Shown here: piece by piece, positions 32,212-42,556 of the stretch
Numbering within the stretch: the stretch's first letter is position 1
Layout of the letters: each line of letters starts with the position of its first letter
From: an uncultured Verrucomicrobiae bacterium
Lineage (GTDB): Bacteria; Verrucomicrobiota; Verrucomicrobiia; Chthoniobacterales; UBA10450
DNA: 64,000 nt
NCBI GenBank assembly: GCA_963815455.1
Contig: CAWFGO010000001.1
Location: 256,001-320,000 of the forward strand
Direction: 5' to 3'
Program-made: the position numbers and the translations under genes
Notes under the pieces: model-generated
The model's database searches: none
What the model was told of the DNA's origin: nothing
The model's input: the letters and a program-made list of their open reading frames with translations, nothing else

Positions 32212-32246
32212 CGCCACATCGCTTGGTTAGGCGCGATTGAGGCAAT

Positions 32247-33189
32247 CTAGATCTCCATTAAATCTTTGCCGACGACGATTCGTCCGGTGAAGTGTTTACG
32301 CACTCCTTCCGTCCACTGTTCGTCGGTGATCGATGGGTCGTCCCCTGGGACGAAGTGTGTAAAGCACCAACATCCTGACTCCAGCTTGGGCGGCGATCTT
32401 GCCCACGTCTTCAGGCACAGTGTGGCTCGCCAACAGGTGCTCTCGCAATCTAGTCGCATCGGGCAAACGCCTGACCAGCGCTTCGATACCTGGCGGATAG
32501 ATGACTTCATGCACGAGCACGTCGGCAGCTTTGGCGAACTCGGCGAGTTCCGGCGCGTAAGTCGTATCGCCTGAAATTACAACTGAGCGATCCTTTGCAT
32601 CGAACCGATACGCGTAAGCCCGCTTGACCAACGGGTGACGCACCAGGCCGGCACTGACTTTCACGTCGTCGTTCTGCAAGACCACGCCTTGCTTACTAAT
32701 GTCATGAGGGAAGATCAGTTTGCGTGGGTCTCGGCGGCCCTCGTCTTCGATGCGTACGTCGATGTCGAGTTTCATGTAACTGAAGAAGTCCTGCGTCATT
32801 TTCTCCAGTCCTGCTGGGCCGTAAGCGTCAATTCGAGCGGCCAAACCGGTGACCCAGGCGTTATAGAACAACGTGCCGTACTCTAGATTATGGTCGGAAT
32901 GATGATGCGTGATAAAGATATAGCGCAGGCGGTTAAAGGGTACGCCAGCGGCCAGGAGTTGGCGCGAGGTACCATATCCGCAGTCGATGACGTAGGGGAC
33001 ATCGTTGATCAAGAGGAGAGTCGAAGAGTTGCTACGACCTGTTGCGCCGACGCGGGGCCCGCCTTTCGTGCCGAGCAGGATGAGGCGCGTCCCTTTCTTT
33101 TCCTGACTCATGCCCAAGCGAGGAATCAAGCCGCACGAAAGCACAAAGCCTGTGGCACCGATCAGGAACTTTCTACGACTCTGTTCCAT
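32247..33189 (-). CDS. Tat-exported MBL-fold hydrolase (RNase Z/arylsulfatase-like), cassette gene, frameshift near 32362
   Basis: 'SRRKFL' twin-arginine motif, 'THHHSDH' and 'SGDT'. C-terminus continues as THFVPGDD...VGKDLMEI in the ORF ending at 32247. Confidence 0.85.
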
Positions 33190-33217
33190 AACTAGTAATC
33201 GCGAAGTCAGTCTGATC

Positions 33218-33433
33218 GCCTAACGCGAAAGAAGTGAGCCACCGCCACCGAAGGCGAGCGGGGTCCGTAGTCTGCCTGCCGCGCCGTCTCGTCTCGCCGT
33301 AGCCGGGACGTAGGCGGAAGCTTTGCGAAGGCGGGTGGTCAGCTTGCCGCGCCGAAAAGGGGTGGAGGCGGGTGGTCATGTTGTCGTGCGCAACGCGCAA
33401 CGGGTGGCGGTTCGCTGCAGTGATGGGTTAGAC
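33218..33433 (-). repeat. attC site enlarged to 216 bp by nested REP-like insertions
   Basis: Minus strand: GTCTAAC CCATCACTGCAGCGAACCGCCACC ... GGTGGCGGTGGCTCACTTCTTTCGC GTTAGGC. REP copies at 33274-33372. Confidence 0.85.
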
Positions 33434-33826
33434 CGTTTTGCGTGCCAACAAATATCCGGGCACAAGGGAAACTGGAATAATCGTGAGCACACAGAGGACA
33501 TTGTACCAAACTGGATACATCGACGCGAAGAAAACGATGAGCAGCGTAGAGACGACGCCGAACACAAGCGTGTTGAGCACGGAATGTGGTCGCGACATGC
33601 GAGCAGTGATGTAAGCGCCGAGCAATGTGAAGGCGATGCCACAGACATAACCGATGACGAGAAATAACGGATCGCTTGCGAGCGTCTGTAGAACCGCTTC
33701 GGGTCCCTGACCGCTTGCGCCACGAAGCGCAACGAAAGCGAACGTGACCGCGGCGGAGACGATGATTGTGCCGATGAGGTCTGTGGCCAGCCCAGCGATG
33801 AGAGCAACGATGCGAATGCGCTTCAC
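33428..33826 (-). CDS. Four-TM membrane protein (cassette gene)
   Basis: 132 aa, hydrophobic. Stop TAA lies inside the attC R'' box GTCTAAC. Confidence 0.75.
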   Translation of the reverse strand: MKRIRIVALIAGLATDLIGTIIVSAAVTFAFVALRGASGQGPEAVLQTLASDPLFLVIGYVCGIAFTLLGAYITARMSRPHSVLNTLVFGVVSTLLIVFFASMYPVWYNVLCVLTIIPVSLVPGYLLARKTV

Positions 33827-33832
33827 GGTCTA

Positions 33833-34125
33833 GACCTTATGGCTGCGGACGCGGGGTGAGCGAGCGAACGCAGGGTTGAAAAAAAGAGTGTGTTTGCCGT
33901 TCATATTTTTCGCGGGCTACTCCGGTAAGGGAGCAGAGCCGCACGAACGGCCGGCAGGTGCCGGAAGCGTTCCAGTTTTAAACAACTCGAACAAGCAAAC
34001 ACACCAATGAAAAAAGAACTCTATCTTGGGCTGGATGTCCACAAAGACTGTATCAATTCGCCGGCGGATAACGGAGGAAGGGCGCAAGGGGGAAGTAATG
34101 AGAGCGGTGCGATCAGCAACGACCT
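33833..34125 (+). mobile_element. Truncated IS110-family element (non-coding left end plus N-terminal transposase remnant)
   Basis: ATG at 34007 gives 'MKKELYLGLDVHKDCI', then frameshifted 'EEGRKGEV' / 'ESGAISNDL', typical of the IS110 DEDD N-terminus (GLDVHK). 10-bp inverted repeat at 33888-33897 / 33995-34004 in the upstream non-coding region. Confidence 0.75.
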
Positions 34126-34157
34126 GCCGAGCGAGTTGGGTAGAGGTGCATCGCCCG

Positions 34158-34829
34158 TCACTGTTTCCACTTCTGCAATACACGATGAACTGCTTCTTCC
34201 ACGACGGCTCGTGCCTCTGATCGCCCGCGTCCCTTCATCAGGAGCTCGTCGTATTTTGTTTCTTGATGCCGGATATGGGCGATTACAGCAAGTTTGACTG
34301 CCGCCTCATCGAGCACTTTGGCGGACGCCGACCTTCCAATTCTCCCGCTATACTTAAGGCAGGCGTGCTCGGCTATTTCTCGTTCTCTTCCGGCAGGGGC
34401 GCCGGGAAAGAGTTGCCTCACTCGCGCCCCAAATGTTTCCACATATTTGCCGTCGAGTTCCTTCCTTCGAATAGCCTCCCGTTCTCTCCGAGAGATTCTA
34501 ACTTCATTATCAGCCAGACATTCCTGTTCCGCTTTTTCCAACCCTTGCGCTTCGACCAACAGTCCTTGCCTCTCGTAATGCTTCCGGGCGCGACTCCATT
34601 TTAGGACCACCGCAACCAGAGTTGAATGTTTGCGGGCGCGCCGGGTCAAGGCGGCGTTTCCGGACGGTAGAAAAACAAGATGATCGAAATCGGCACATGC
34701 CAGGCATAATGCTCCTTTTTCTTCAGCAAGAGTAATCCATGCCTGGCGACCCAAGTTTTCGCCACATTCGCTGCAGGTGGATTCCCGCGACGAAATAAAG
34801 ACTTTCAACTCAGGAGTCAGCTGCCGCAT
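34158..34829 (-). CDS. DUF2293-like protein (cassette gene)
   Basis: CxxC...CxxC N-terminus, 'KYSGRIGRS', 'LAVIAHIRHQETKYDELL'. Starts 4 nt after attC R'. Confidence 0.8.
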   Translation of the reverse strand: MRQLTPELKVFISSRESTCSECGENLGRQAWITLAEEKGALCLACADFDHLVFLPSGNAALTRRARKHSTLVAVVLKWSRARKHYERQGLLVEAQGLEKAEQECLADNEVRISRREREAIRRKELDGKYVETFGARVRQLFPGAPAGREREIAEHACLKYSGRIGRSASAKVLDEAAVKLAVIAHIRHQETKYDELLMKGRGRSEARAVVEEAVHRVLQKWKQ

Positions 34830-34832
34830 TAG

Positions 34833-34956
34833 GCCTAACGAGACGGAAGTGAGCTACCGCCACCGAGGGCGAGCGGCGCTCGAAGTGAAGAGGTTTTAGT
34901 CATATCAAAATGTGGACGCACGACGGGTGGCGGTTGGCTCGACTGATTGGTTAGAT
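34833..34956 (-). repeat. attC site (124 bp)
   Basis: Minus strand: ATCTAAC CAATCAGTCGAGCCAACCGCCACC ... GGTGGCGGTAGCTCACTTCCGTCTC GTTAGGC. Confidence 0.9.
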
Positions 34957-35208
34957 CTACTGGTTTCGCTCGAGTGCTTTGGCAATACGCTCAGCAAGCT
35001 CCTCCATCTTCTGCATGTGTTGCAGATGGCGCTCTTTTTCTTCACGATGAAGCTTAGCAGTGGGCGACTTAGATTGACGACGAAATAGCAGGTACAGTAT
35101 CGCGAGAAACAGGAGAATCGGCAAAAAACCGACAAGTGTGTCGAGAAGCTTGTTGTCTTGCGACTGCGCGAGCAGTGAGAGCGTGGAGAGAACGTCTGAC
35201 TTAATCAT
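34957..35208 (-). CDS. Small single-TM protein (cassette gene)
   Basis: 83 aa filling the space between two attC sites. TM helix followed by a coiled coil. Confidence 0.7.
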   Translation of the reverse strand: MIKSDVLSTLSLLAQSQDNKLLDTLVGFLPILLFLAILYLLFRRQSKSPTAKLHREEKERHLQHMQKMEELAERIAKALERNQ

Positions 35209-35221
35209 AACTGTGAAGTGG

Positions 35222-35344
35222 ATCTAACGAGAACAAGATGAGCGACCGCTGACAAGAGCGGGCTGTGCTTCGAGTTTCAGTGTTGAAGTCATCGGAAATA
35301 AATTGTCGCGCCGGTCAGCGGTTCGCTCGAGCGCCTGGTTAGAC
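35222..35344 (-). repeat. attC site (123 bp)
   Basis: Minus strand: GTCTAAC CAGGCGCTCGAGCGAACCGCTGAC ... GTCAGCGGTCGCTCATCTTGTTCTC GTTAGAT. Confidence 0.9.
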
Positions 35345-35383
35345 GGCGTCGCGTGGAGTTTCGCTAGATGTAGCATCGGACCT

Positions 35384-35629
35384 TTAGTCTGTCGGAACGG
35401 CGATCCAAAGGACAGCAATTCCGAAAAGGAGAAAGAGTAGCATCGCAGGCCTGGAGAAACGGCGCAGCGAACCATCGTTCCGGAATAACGCTTGGCGAAC
35501 GGGATCACGGCGTCCGCCACGCCAGAGCCAATGTGGTCCAGCATTGTTGGTCCGAGAATCGACAAACAGCAGCGCGAGTCCTACTGCAGCGATTAGAGCG
35601 GTCACGAGCATCTTGGCTTGGACATGCAT
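35384..35629 (-). CDS. Small two-TM protein (cassette gene)
   Basis: 81 aa between attC sites, with two hydrophobic segments. Confidence 0.65.
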   Translation of the reverse strand: MHVQAKMLVTALIAAVGLALLFVDSRTNNAGPHWLWRGGRRDPVRQALFRNDGSLRRFSRPAMLLFLLFGIAVLWIAVPTD

Positions 35630-35634
35630 GAGTC

Positions 35635-35757
35635 GTCTAACGAGAACAAGCTGAGCGACCGCCGCCGAGAGCGAGCGCGGCTTCGACTGAAACTGTTTTA
35701 ATCATCTGAAATCTGAACACACGCCGGGCGGCGGTTCGCTCCAGCGTTTGGTTAGGT
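35635..35757 (-). repeat. attC site (123 bp)
   Basis: Minus strand: ACCTAAC CAAACGCTGGAGCGAACCGCCGCC ... GGCGGCGGTCGCTCAGCTTGTTCTC GTTAGAC. Confidence 0.9.
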
Positions 35758-36408
35758 CTTGGTCGCACGAACTAGAATAAGTTTATTGTGCTCTGGCTGA
35801 ATGGCGATGCGGCCCGGCTGAGTCTCAACGACTTTCAGTCGCTTCGACACCAGCGCCAACGAAGTCGGCTCGGCGGCTGTATAGCGGACAATAGACTGCG
35901 AAGTCGGCGCTTCGGGCGGACGAATGGGATAGTAAGCAGAGACTCCGCCGGGCAAATGCGGCTGAGTGTAGCGAATCGCTGCGGTAAACTCTGAACGAAC
36001 CGCGCGGAGAGGAATCTCAAACTCCAGAAACGCTAATCTCCAGTCCGCCGGTAAGCCGCGCAGCGGCCCTCCGCCGGACGATCCGGTCGGGCGAAAGACT
36101 CGCTTCCCGACGGTGACGGTCGCGGCTGTGGACGACTTGAGCGAGCCGAAGCTCTGCTCGCCGTGGACGATGATTGGGACCTCAATGGTAATGTGGTCGG
36201 CTTTCTCGCCGAGGAACGCATACTCATCCTTTCCCTGGCGAAACGAGTAGGTGCCGGAAACAACCGAATGTGTGGACTGAACGGCGATATCCACCGTTTC
36301 GGCGACCAATGAAATAGTGCGCCGCGTCGAGTCGATTGCGATCGGGTTCGCGCCAGCGAATCCGATCATGCTGATTCCAATTGCGGCGAGCGTAAGGAAA
36401 ATGCGCAT
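35752..36408 (-). CDS. Secreted hypothetical protein (cassette gene)
   Basis: Signal peptide 'MRIFLTLAAIGISMIGFAGANP', beta-rich body. Stop lies inside R'' ACCTAAC. Confidence 0.75.
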   Translation of the reverse strand: MRIFLTLAAIGISMIGFAGANPIAIDSTRRTISLVAETVDIAVQSTHSVVSGTYSFRQGKDEYAFLGEKADHITIEVPIIVHGEQSFGSLKSSTAATVTVGKRVFRPTGSSGGGPLRGLPADWRLAFLEFEIPLRAVRSEFTAAIRYTQPHLPGGVSAYYPIRPPEAPTSQSIVRYTAAEPTSLALVSKRLKVVETQPGRIAIQPEHNKLILVRATKT

Positions 36409-36418
36409 AACTGGAAAG

Positions 36419-36542
36419 ACCTAACGAGACGGAGTTGAGCGACCGCTGGCGGGAGCGAGCGCGGCAAACATCAAGAACGGTTTCATAAGATCAAATCTGG
36501 TCATCACAACGGCCAGCGGTTGGCTCGAGCGATGGGTTAGGC
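36419..36542 (-). repeat. attC site (124 bp)
   Basis: Minus strand: GCCTAAC CCATCGCTCGAGCCAACCGCTGGC ... GCCAGCGGTCGCTCAACTCCGTCTC GTTAGGT. Confidence 0.9.
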
Positions 36543-37048
36543 GAACGGTTCCATGCCAAGAGACCGAATGCAAAAATCGCGGCCCCGGAACCTGCGAAAA
36601 CCAAGAAATCAACGAACGATGAACCGAACGCAAAATAACGCGCCCGGTCGAATTCGAGCGAGGTTTTGCGCGCCCATGAGGAATAGTAATCCATCCACTC
36701 GCCACGCCAGTAGCTCAACAAATATGAATCGGGCGGTGCGGGCCCGAACTGCTTGATCGCTTCCTCGGGAAAGTGCCCATTCATGAGCTGGATGAAACGC
36801 GCGCTGTGAACTGTTTCTGGCTGCTGCGCAGCCCACGACTGGAACTCTGTCTCTGTGGGCAATGTGCCATGCTGTGCAACCCACGAGTCGATGTACGTTC
36901 GAGCGCTCTCGAAAGCCGTTTGGATCTGGCGGCTGTTGTCCAGGGTGTGATCAACCAACGAATTGCTGAGCAGCGTTAGCGTTCCATAGCCGAGCAAGGC
37001 GATACCAACTACAAAGAGGGGAACCGCTATAAACATACGATGTGCCAT
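36491..37048 (-). CDS. Two-TM hypothetical protein with WRGEWxxYYSSW motif (cassette gene, reads into attC)
   Basis: 185 aa, paralog of 37674..38171. Confidence 0.75.
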   Translation of the reverse strand: MAHRMFIAVPLFVVGIALLGYGTLTLLSNSLVDHTLDNSRQIQTAFESARTYIDSWVAQHGTLPTETEFQSWAAQQPETVHSARFIQLMNGHFPEEAIKQFGPAPPDSYLLSYWRGEWMDYYSSWARKTSLEFDRARYFAFGSSFVDFLVFAGSGAAIFAFGLLAWNRSPNPSLEPTAGRCDDQI

Positions 37049-37052
37049 ATTC

Positions 37053-37159
37053 GCCTAACGATAACAAGATCAGCCACCGAGCGAAAAACCCCACGGACGG
37101 CAAACAGAATCAGCTAGGCGCATCACAGAATCGAGGTTGGCTGCATCGTTTTGTTAGGT
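37053..37159 (-). repeat. attC site of a divergent type (107 bp)
   Basis: Minus strand: ACCTAAC AAAACGATGCAGCCAACCTCG ... TCGGTGGCTGATCTTGTTATC GTTAGGC. Confidence 0.85.
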
Positions 37160-37286
37160 GGATGCGGTCGAATCAAGATAGGATAACTCCTATGGTATCA
37201 GTAATAGAAGACGGGAACGACTATTTAATTACTTTTATTAAGAGTCGGCGAAAAAGCGAACAACACAAACTCCCTAAAAAAATGTT

Positions 37287-37511
37287 TCAATGTTCAGACA
37301 TGGGTTTCAGAAAATGAGTTTGTCCTTTTTTCGGAGATTTTATTTTACCAAAAGTGAGCGCAAACTTAACTCGTTCATTAAGGACTTTTTCACTGGCTTC
37401 TTTAGAGCCAATAAAACACCAAATACCACCGCCTTCGGGATCGCGAGATTCGTAGGAAAAATCATCAATCTTCCTCCATTTAGGCAGAGTTGGAATTTTG
37501 CCTTTGGCCAT
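37287..37511 (-). CDS. Hypothetical protein in an AT-rich cassette
   Basis: 74-aa ORF in a visibly AT-rich cassette. Does not fill the cassette, so it may be frameshifted. Confidence 0.45.
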   Translation of the reverse strand: MAKGKIPTLPKWRKIDDFSYESRDPEGGGIWCFIGSKEASEKVLNERVKFALTFGKIKSPKKGQTHFLKPMSEH

Positions 37512-37555
37512 AGGACTTAATTTATGGACTCAAAAATCACGCAAAGCGAGCATAC

Positions 37556-37679
37556 ATCTAACGAGAACAAGATGAGCGACGGCGGACGAGGGCGCGCGCG
37601 GCTCGGAGTGGAAGTGTGGAAGTCATCTCAAAAGTGAATCGTACAGCGGTCCGTCGTTCGCTCCATCGCATGGTTAGAC
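37556..37679 (-). repeat. attC site (124 bp)
   Basis: Minus strand: GTCTAAC CATGCGATGGAGCGAACGACGGAC ... GTCCGCCGTCGCTCATCTTGTTCTC GTTAGAT. Confidence 0.9.
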
Positions 37680-38171
37680 CTTTTTCGCGCCACGGAGTAA
37701 AGGCAATCTGCTCACTAGAAGCAATCCCGCCGCTATGGCGATACCGATGACGCCCGGCCAAGAGAAAGCCCACCAAGAAAGCTGATCGGCGAGCGTATAA
37801 TGCCTGTCCCACGACGAATAGTACTCCGCCCACTCGCCGCGCCAGAACCAGAGTACCCAGCCGCCGGAGGCCGGCCAGCCCTGTGGGTAGCCAGAGTCGA
37901 CTCCCCCACCGGCTGTCGTATCCAACTGATAATCGTAATGGAAGTAGCGCACCGGCAGCGCTTGGCTGATGCCCGCGAGCTCGCCGGCTGATGGCAGCCG
38001 GGCCTCTCTGCTCTGGAACGCCTCAATCGCACTGACGCGATCCTGCATGTCCGCCAAGACCAAGCGATTCTTTGCGACCTGCTTTGGACCCGTTCCGAGC
38101 ACGAGCAATGACAACGCCAGCGTCAATAGAGATGCAGCAAAGATGATCCACCGAGCGATGCGTCTTCCCAC
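37674..38171 (-). CDS. Two-TM hypothetical protein with WRGEWxxYYSSW motif (first cassette)
   Basis: 165 aa. Starts 3 nt after the attI-like core, and its stop lies inside R'' GTCTAAC. Confidence 0.75.
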   Translation of the reverse strand: MGRRIARWIIFAASLLTLALSLLVLGTGPKQVAKNRLVLADMQDRVSAIEAFQSREARLPSAGELAGISQALPVRYFHYDYQLDTTAGGGVDSGYPQGWPASGGWVLWFWRGEWAEYYSSWDRHYTLADQLSWWAFSWPGVIGIAIAAGLLLVSRLPLLRGAKKV

Positions 38172-38173
38172 GG

Positions 38174-38191
38174 GTCTAACGAGAATTAGAC
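38174..38191 (-). other. Putative attI recombination site
   Basis: Minus strand GTCTAATTCTC-GTTAGAC: an inverted L/R pair with the GTTRRRY core. The core matches R'' of the first cassette, and no attC stem lies upstream. Confidence 0.65.
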
Positions 38192-38203
38192 GAATAAACG
38201 TGT

Positions 38204-38219
38204 AAATGCACGTGCATTT
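38204..38219. promoter_or_regulatory. Perfect 16-bp palindrome next to attI (candidate operator or accessory binding site)
   Basis: AAATGCACGTGCATTT in the AT-rich spacer between attI and the divergent small ORF. Confidence 0.4.
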
Positions 38220-38284
38220 TGAAATGTACGGAGAGAATGCATTTCTGGCTGGTCATATCGTATCGGATTGAGTAGGGGCATTTT

Positions 38285-38485
38285 ATGCCCGAAGTTGAGC
38301 CTCATTATACCCTATCACTCGTAAACCATCAAACCGGCCAACGTCTCCACCTCGAGTTGGTCGATCTCCCGTTTCCGGCCCGGAGTTATCGGCTGCGAAT
38401 AAATGGTGAATGGGCGAGAAAACTGCCCGTAGCCAGCAAGACCGCCGTCCTGAGACAATTGCGCCAGTGGTGGGTGAGCCATTGA
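38285..38485 (+). CDS. 66-aa hypothetical protein divergent from the cassette array
   Basis: ATG preceded by purine-rich 'GTAGGGG'. Plausible protein composition. GC-rich hairpin downstream. Confidence 0.55.
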   Translation: MPEVEPHYTLSLVNHQTGQRLHLELVDLPFPARSYRLRINGEWARKLPVASKTAVLRQLRQWWVSH

Positions 38486-38575
38486 GGTCAAGGCCTCCTT
38501 CGGCCCCCGGGGGGCTCGACCGGCGGATAAAACCGGTTTGGCTTTCGTTCCGGGTTGTGATTGAACTGGGCAAAC

Positions 38576-41359
<2,784 letters not shown>

Positions 41360-41374
41360 CCGCGGATTAGGAAA

Positions 41375-41657
41375 AACGAACCAGGCTGTTTTTCTTACAG
41401 AAGGAAACGAAGATAACGAAGTAGACAAAGACTGTTCCTGCTCGCCTCGAACGTGCAGAAGCACGTCCCTCCGAAAGGGACCTTTGTTACCTTCGTTACC
41501 TTCTGTTCAAAGCAGACCGGTTTTTCTGCGACTGACATTGGCTTAAAAATGCCCTGCTAGGAAAAAAATCCGCTGAGGACAGCGGACCCTACAATCTTCT
41601 TCTTTCCGACCCCTTCGTTAACTTCGTTTCCTTCTGTTAAAACTAGCCCGGTTCGTC
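41375..41657. repeat. Composite intergenic MITE-like repeat region
   Basis: ACAGAAGGAAACGAAGATAACGAAG with inverted copies CTTCGTTACCTTCTGTT and CTTCGTTAACTTCGTTTCCTTCTGTT, plus REP halves. Confidence 0.6.
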
Positions 41658-41687
41658 AAAGGGGAGCTACAACTGTGGCAGTTCTCG

Positions 41688-42008
41688 CTAACGCCGCATG
41701 ATGTGAATGGACAGGATGCGGCTTTGATGACGAGCGAGCAGATAATCGATGAAATCGCCAATAATCGAATTCGGTTTGTGACCCAACTTCGTCACCACCC
41801 GGCAAATGAGCGTGCTGCTGCGGCCGTGCCATTCCAAATTGATGGCGCCGTGAGCGGTTTCGCTATGAATCTTGGCCCAGCCGTGGGGCCGGCCGGGACG
41901 CTGGTGCTCGGTCGGAACCAGATTAAACCGCTTAATCTGAACGTCGTTCATGATCTTTTCCCGCAAAGATCCGCGCCCGGACGTGATGACTTGAATCACG
42001 GTCTGCAT
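41688..42008 (-). CDS. Hypothetical protein
   Basis: 106-aa ORF with upstream 'AAGAG' and typical codon usage. Confidence 0.65.
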   Translation of the reverse strand: MQTVIQVITSGRGSLREKIMNDVQIKRFNLVPTEHQRPGRPHGWAKIHSETAHGAINLEWHGRSSTLICRVVTKLGHKPNSIIGDFIDYLLARHQSRILSIHIMRR

Positions 42009-42142
42009 CGCTCTTGTTAGGGTCGATGAGCCCGTGATTTTTGCAATTCTTCTTTGCCGGGGCTAGAAATCATTTGTCCGGATACGGCCGGATGCAATCG
42101 GGTGGACGATTGTAATGCAGCTTTCAAGGCCAAAGGTTCAAA

Positions 42143-42535
42143 ATGAGGGAAGATCGTATTGAGGCTCCATATTCCGGGGGAAAATCCTTGCGCATCCTCG
42201 TTGTCGAAGATCATGGCGATACTCGTCGAACCTTGTCCCGCCTCCTCAGTCACTTTGGCCATGAAATTTCGGTGGCCGACTCCCGGCACAGCGCGCTGGA
42301 AATGATTGATGCGAAGAACTTCGATGTCGTTCTTAGCGACATTGGCCTGCCGGACGGCACCGGTTACGACGTGATCGCGCAGGCTAAACGCAAAAACGCC
42401 ATCAAGGGCGTGGCGCTGACCGGCTTCGACCAGGACGAAGACGTCAAGCGCAGCAAAGAAGCCGGGTTCGATTTTCACCTGACCAAACCGGTGGATTTCC
42501 ACGCGCTCCGCACCGTGCTGGGCCAGATCGCCTGA
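42143..42535 (+). CDS. Single-domain response regulator receiver (CheY-like)
   Basis: 'ILVVEDH', 'SDIGLPDGTG', 'ALTG' and 'HLTKPV'. Confidence 0.88.
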   Translation: MREDRIEAPYSGGKSLRILVVEDHGDTRRTLSRLLSHFGHEISVADSRHSALEMIDAKNFDVVLSDIGLPDGTGYDVIAQAKRKNAIKGVALTGFDQDEDVKRSKEAGFDFHLTKPVDFHALRTVLGQIA

Positions 42536-42556
42536 TCGCGGTCCATAAATCAGAAG

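Noticed and set aside
34833..37679. Repeats in the cassette region as a CRISPR array
   Set aside because: The units are about 124 bp imperfect palindromes separated by whole genes of 260-660 bp, and no cas genes are present. They fit attC sites.
35224..37833. ORF-track entries running through attC sites (35224..35565, 36421..36705, 37558..37833)
   Set aside because: Their shared C-termini (e.g. ...RSSCSR) are just translations of the attC repeat in alternative frames overlapping better cassette genes.
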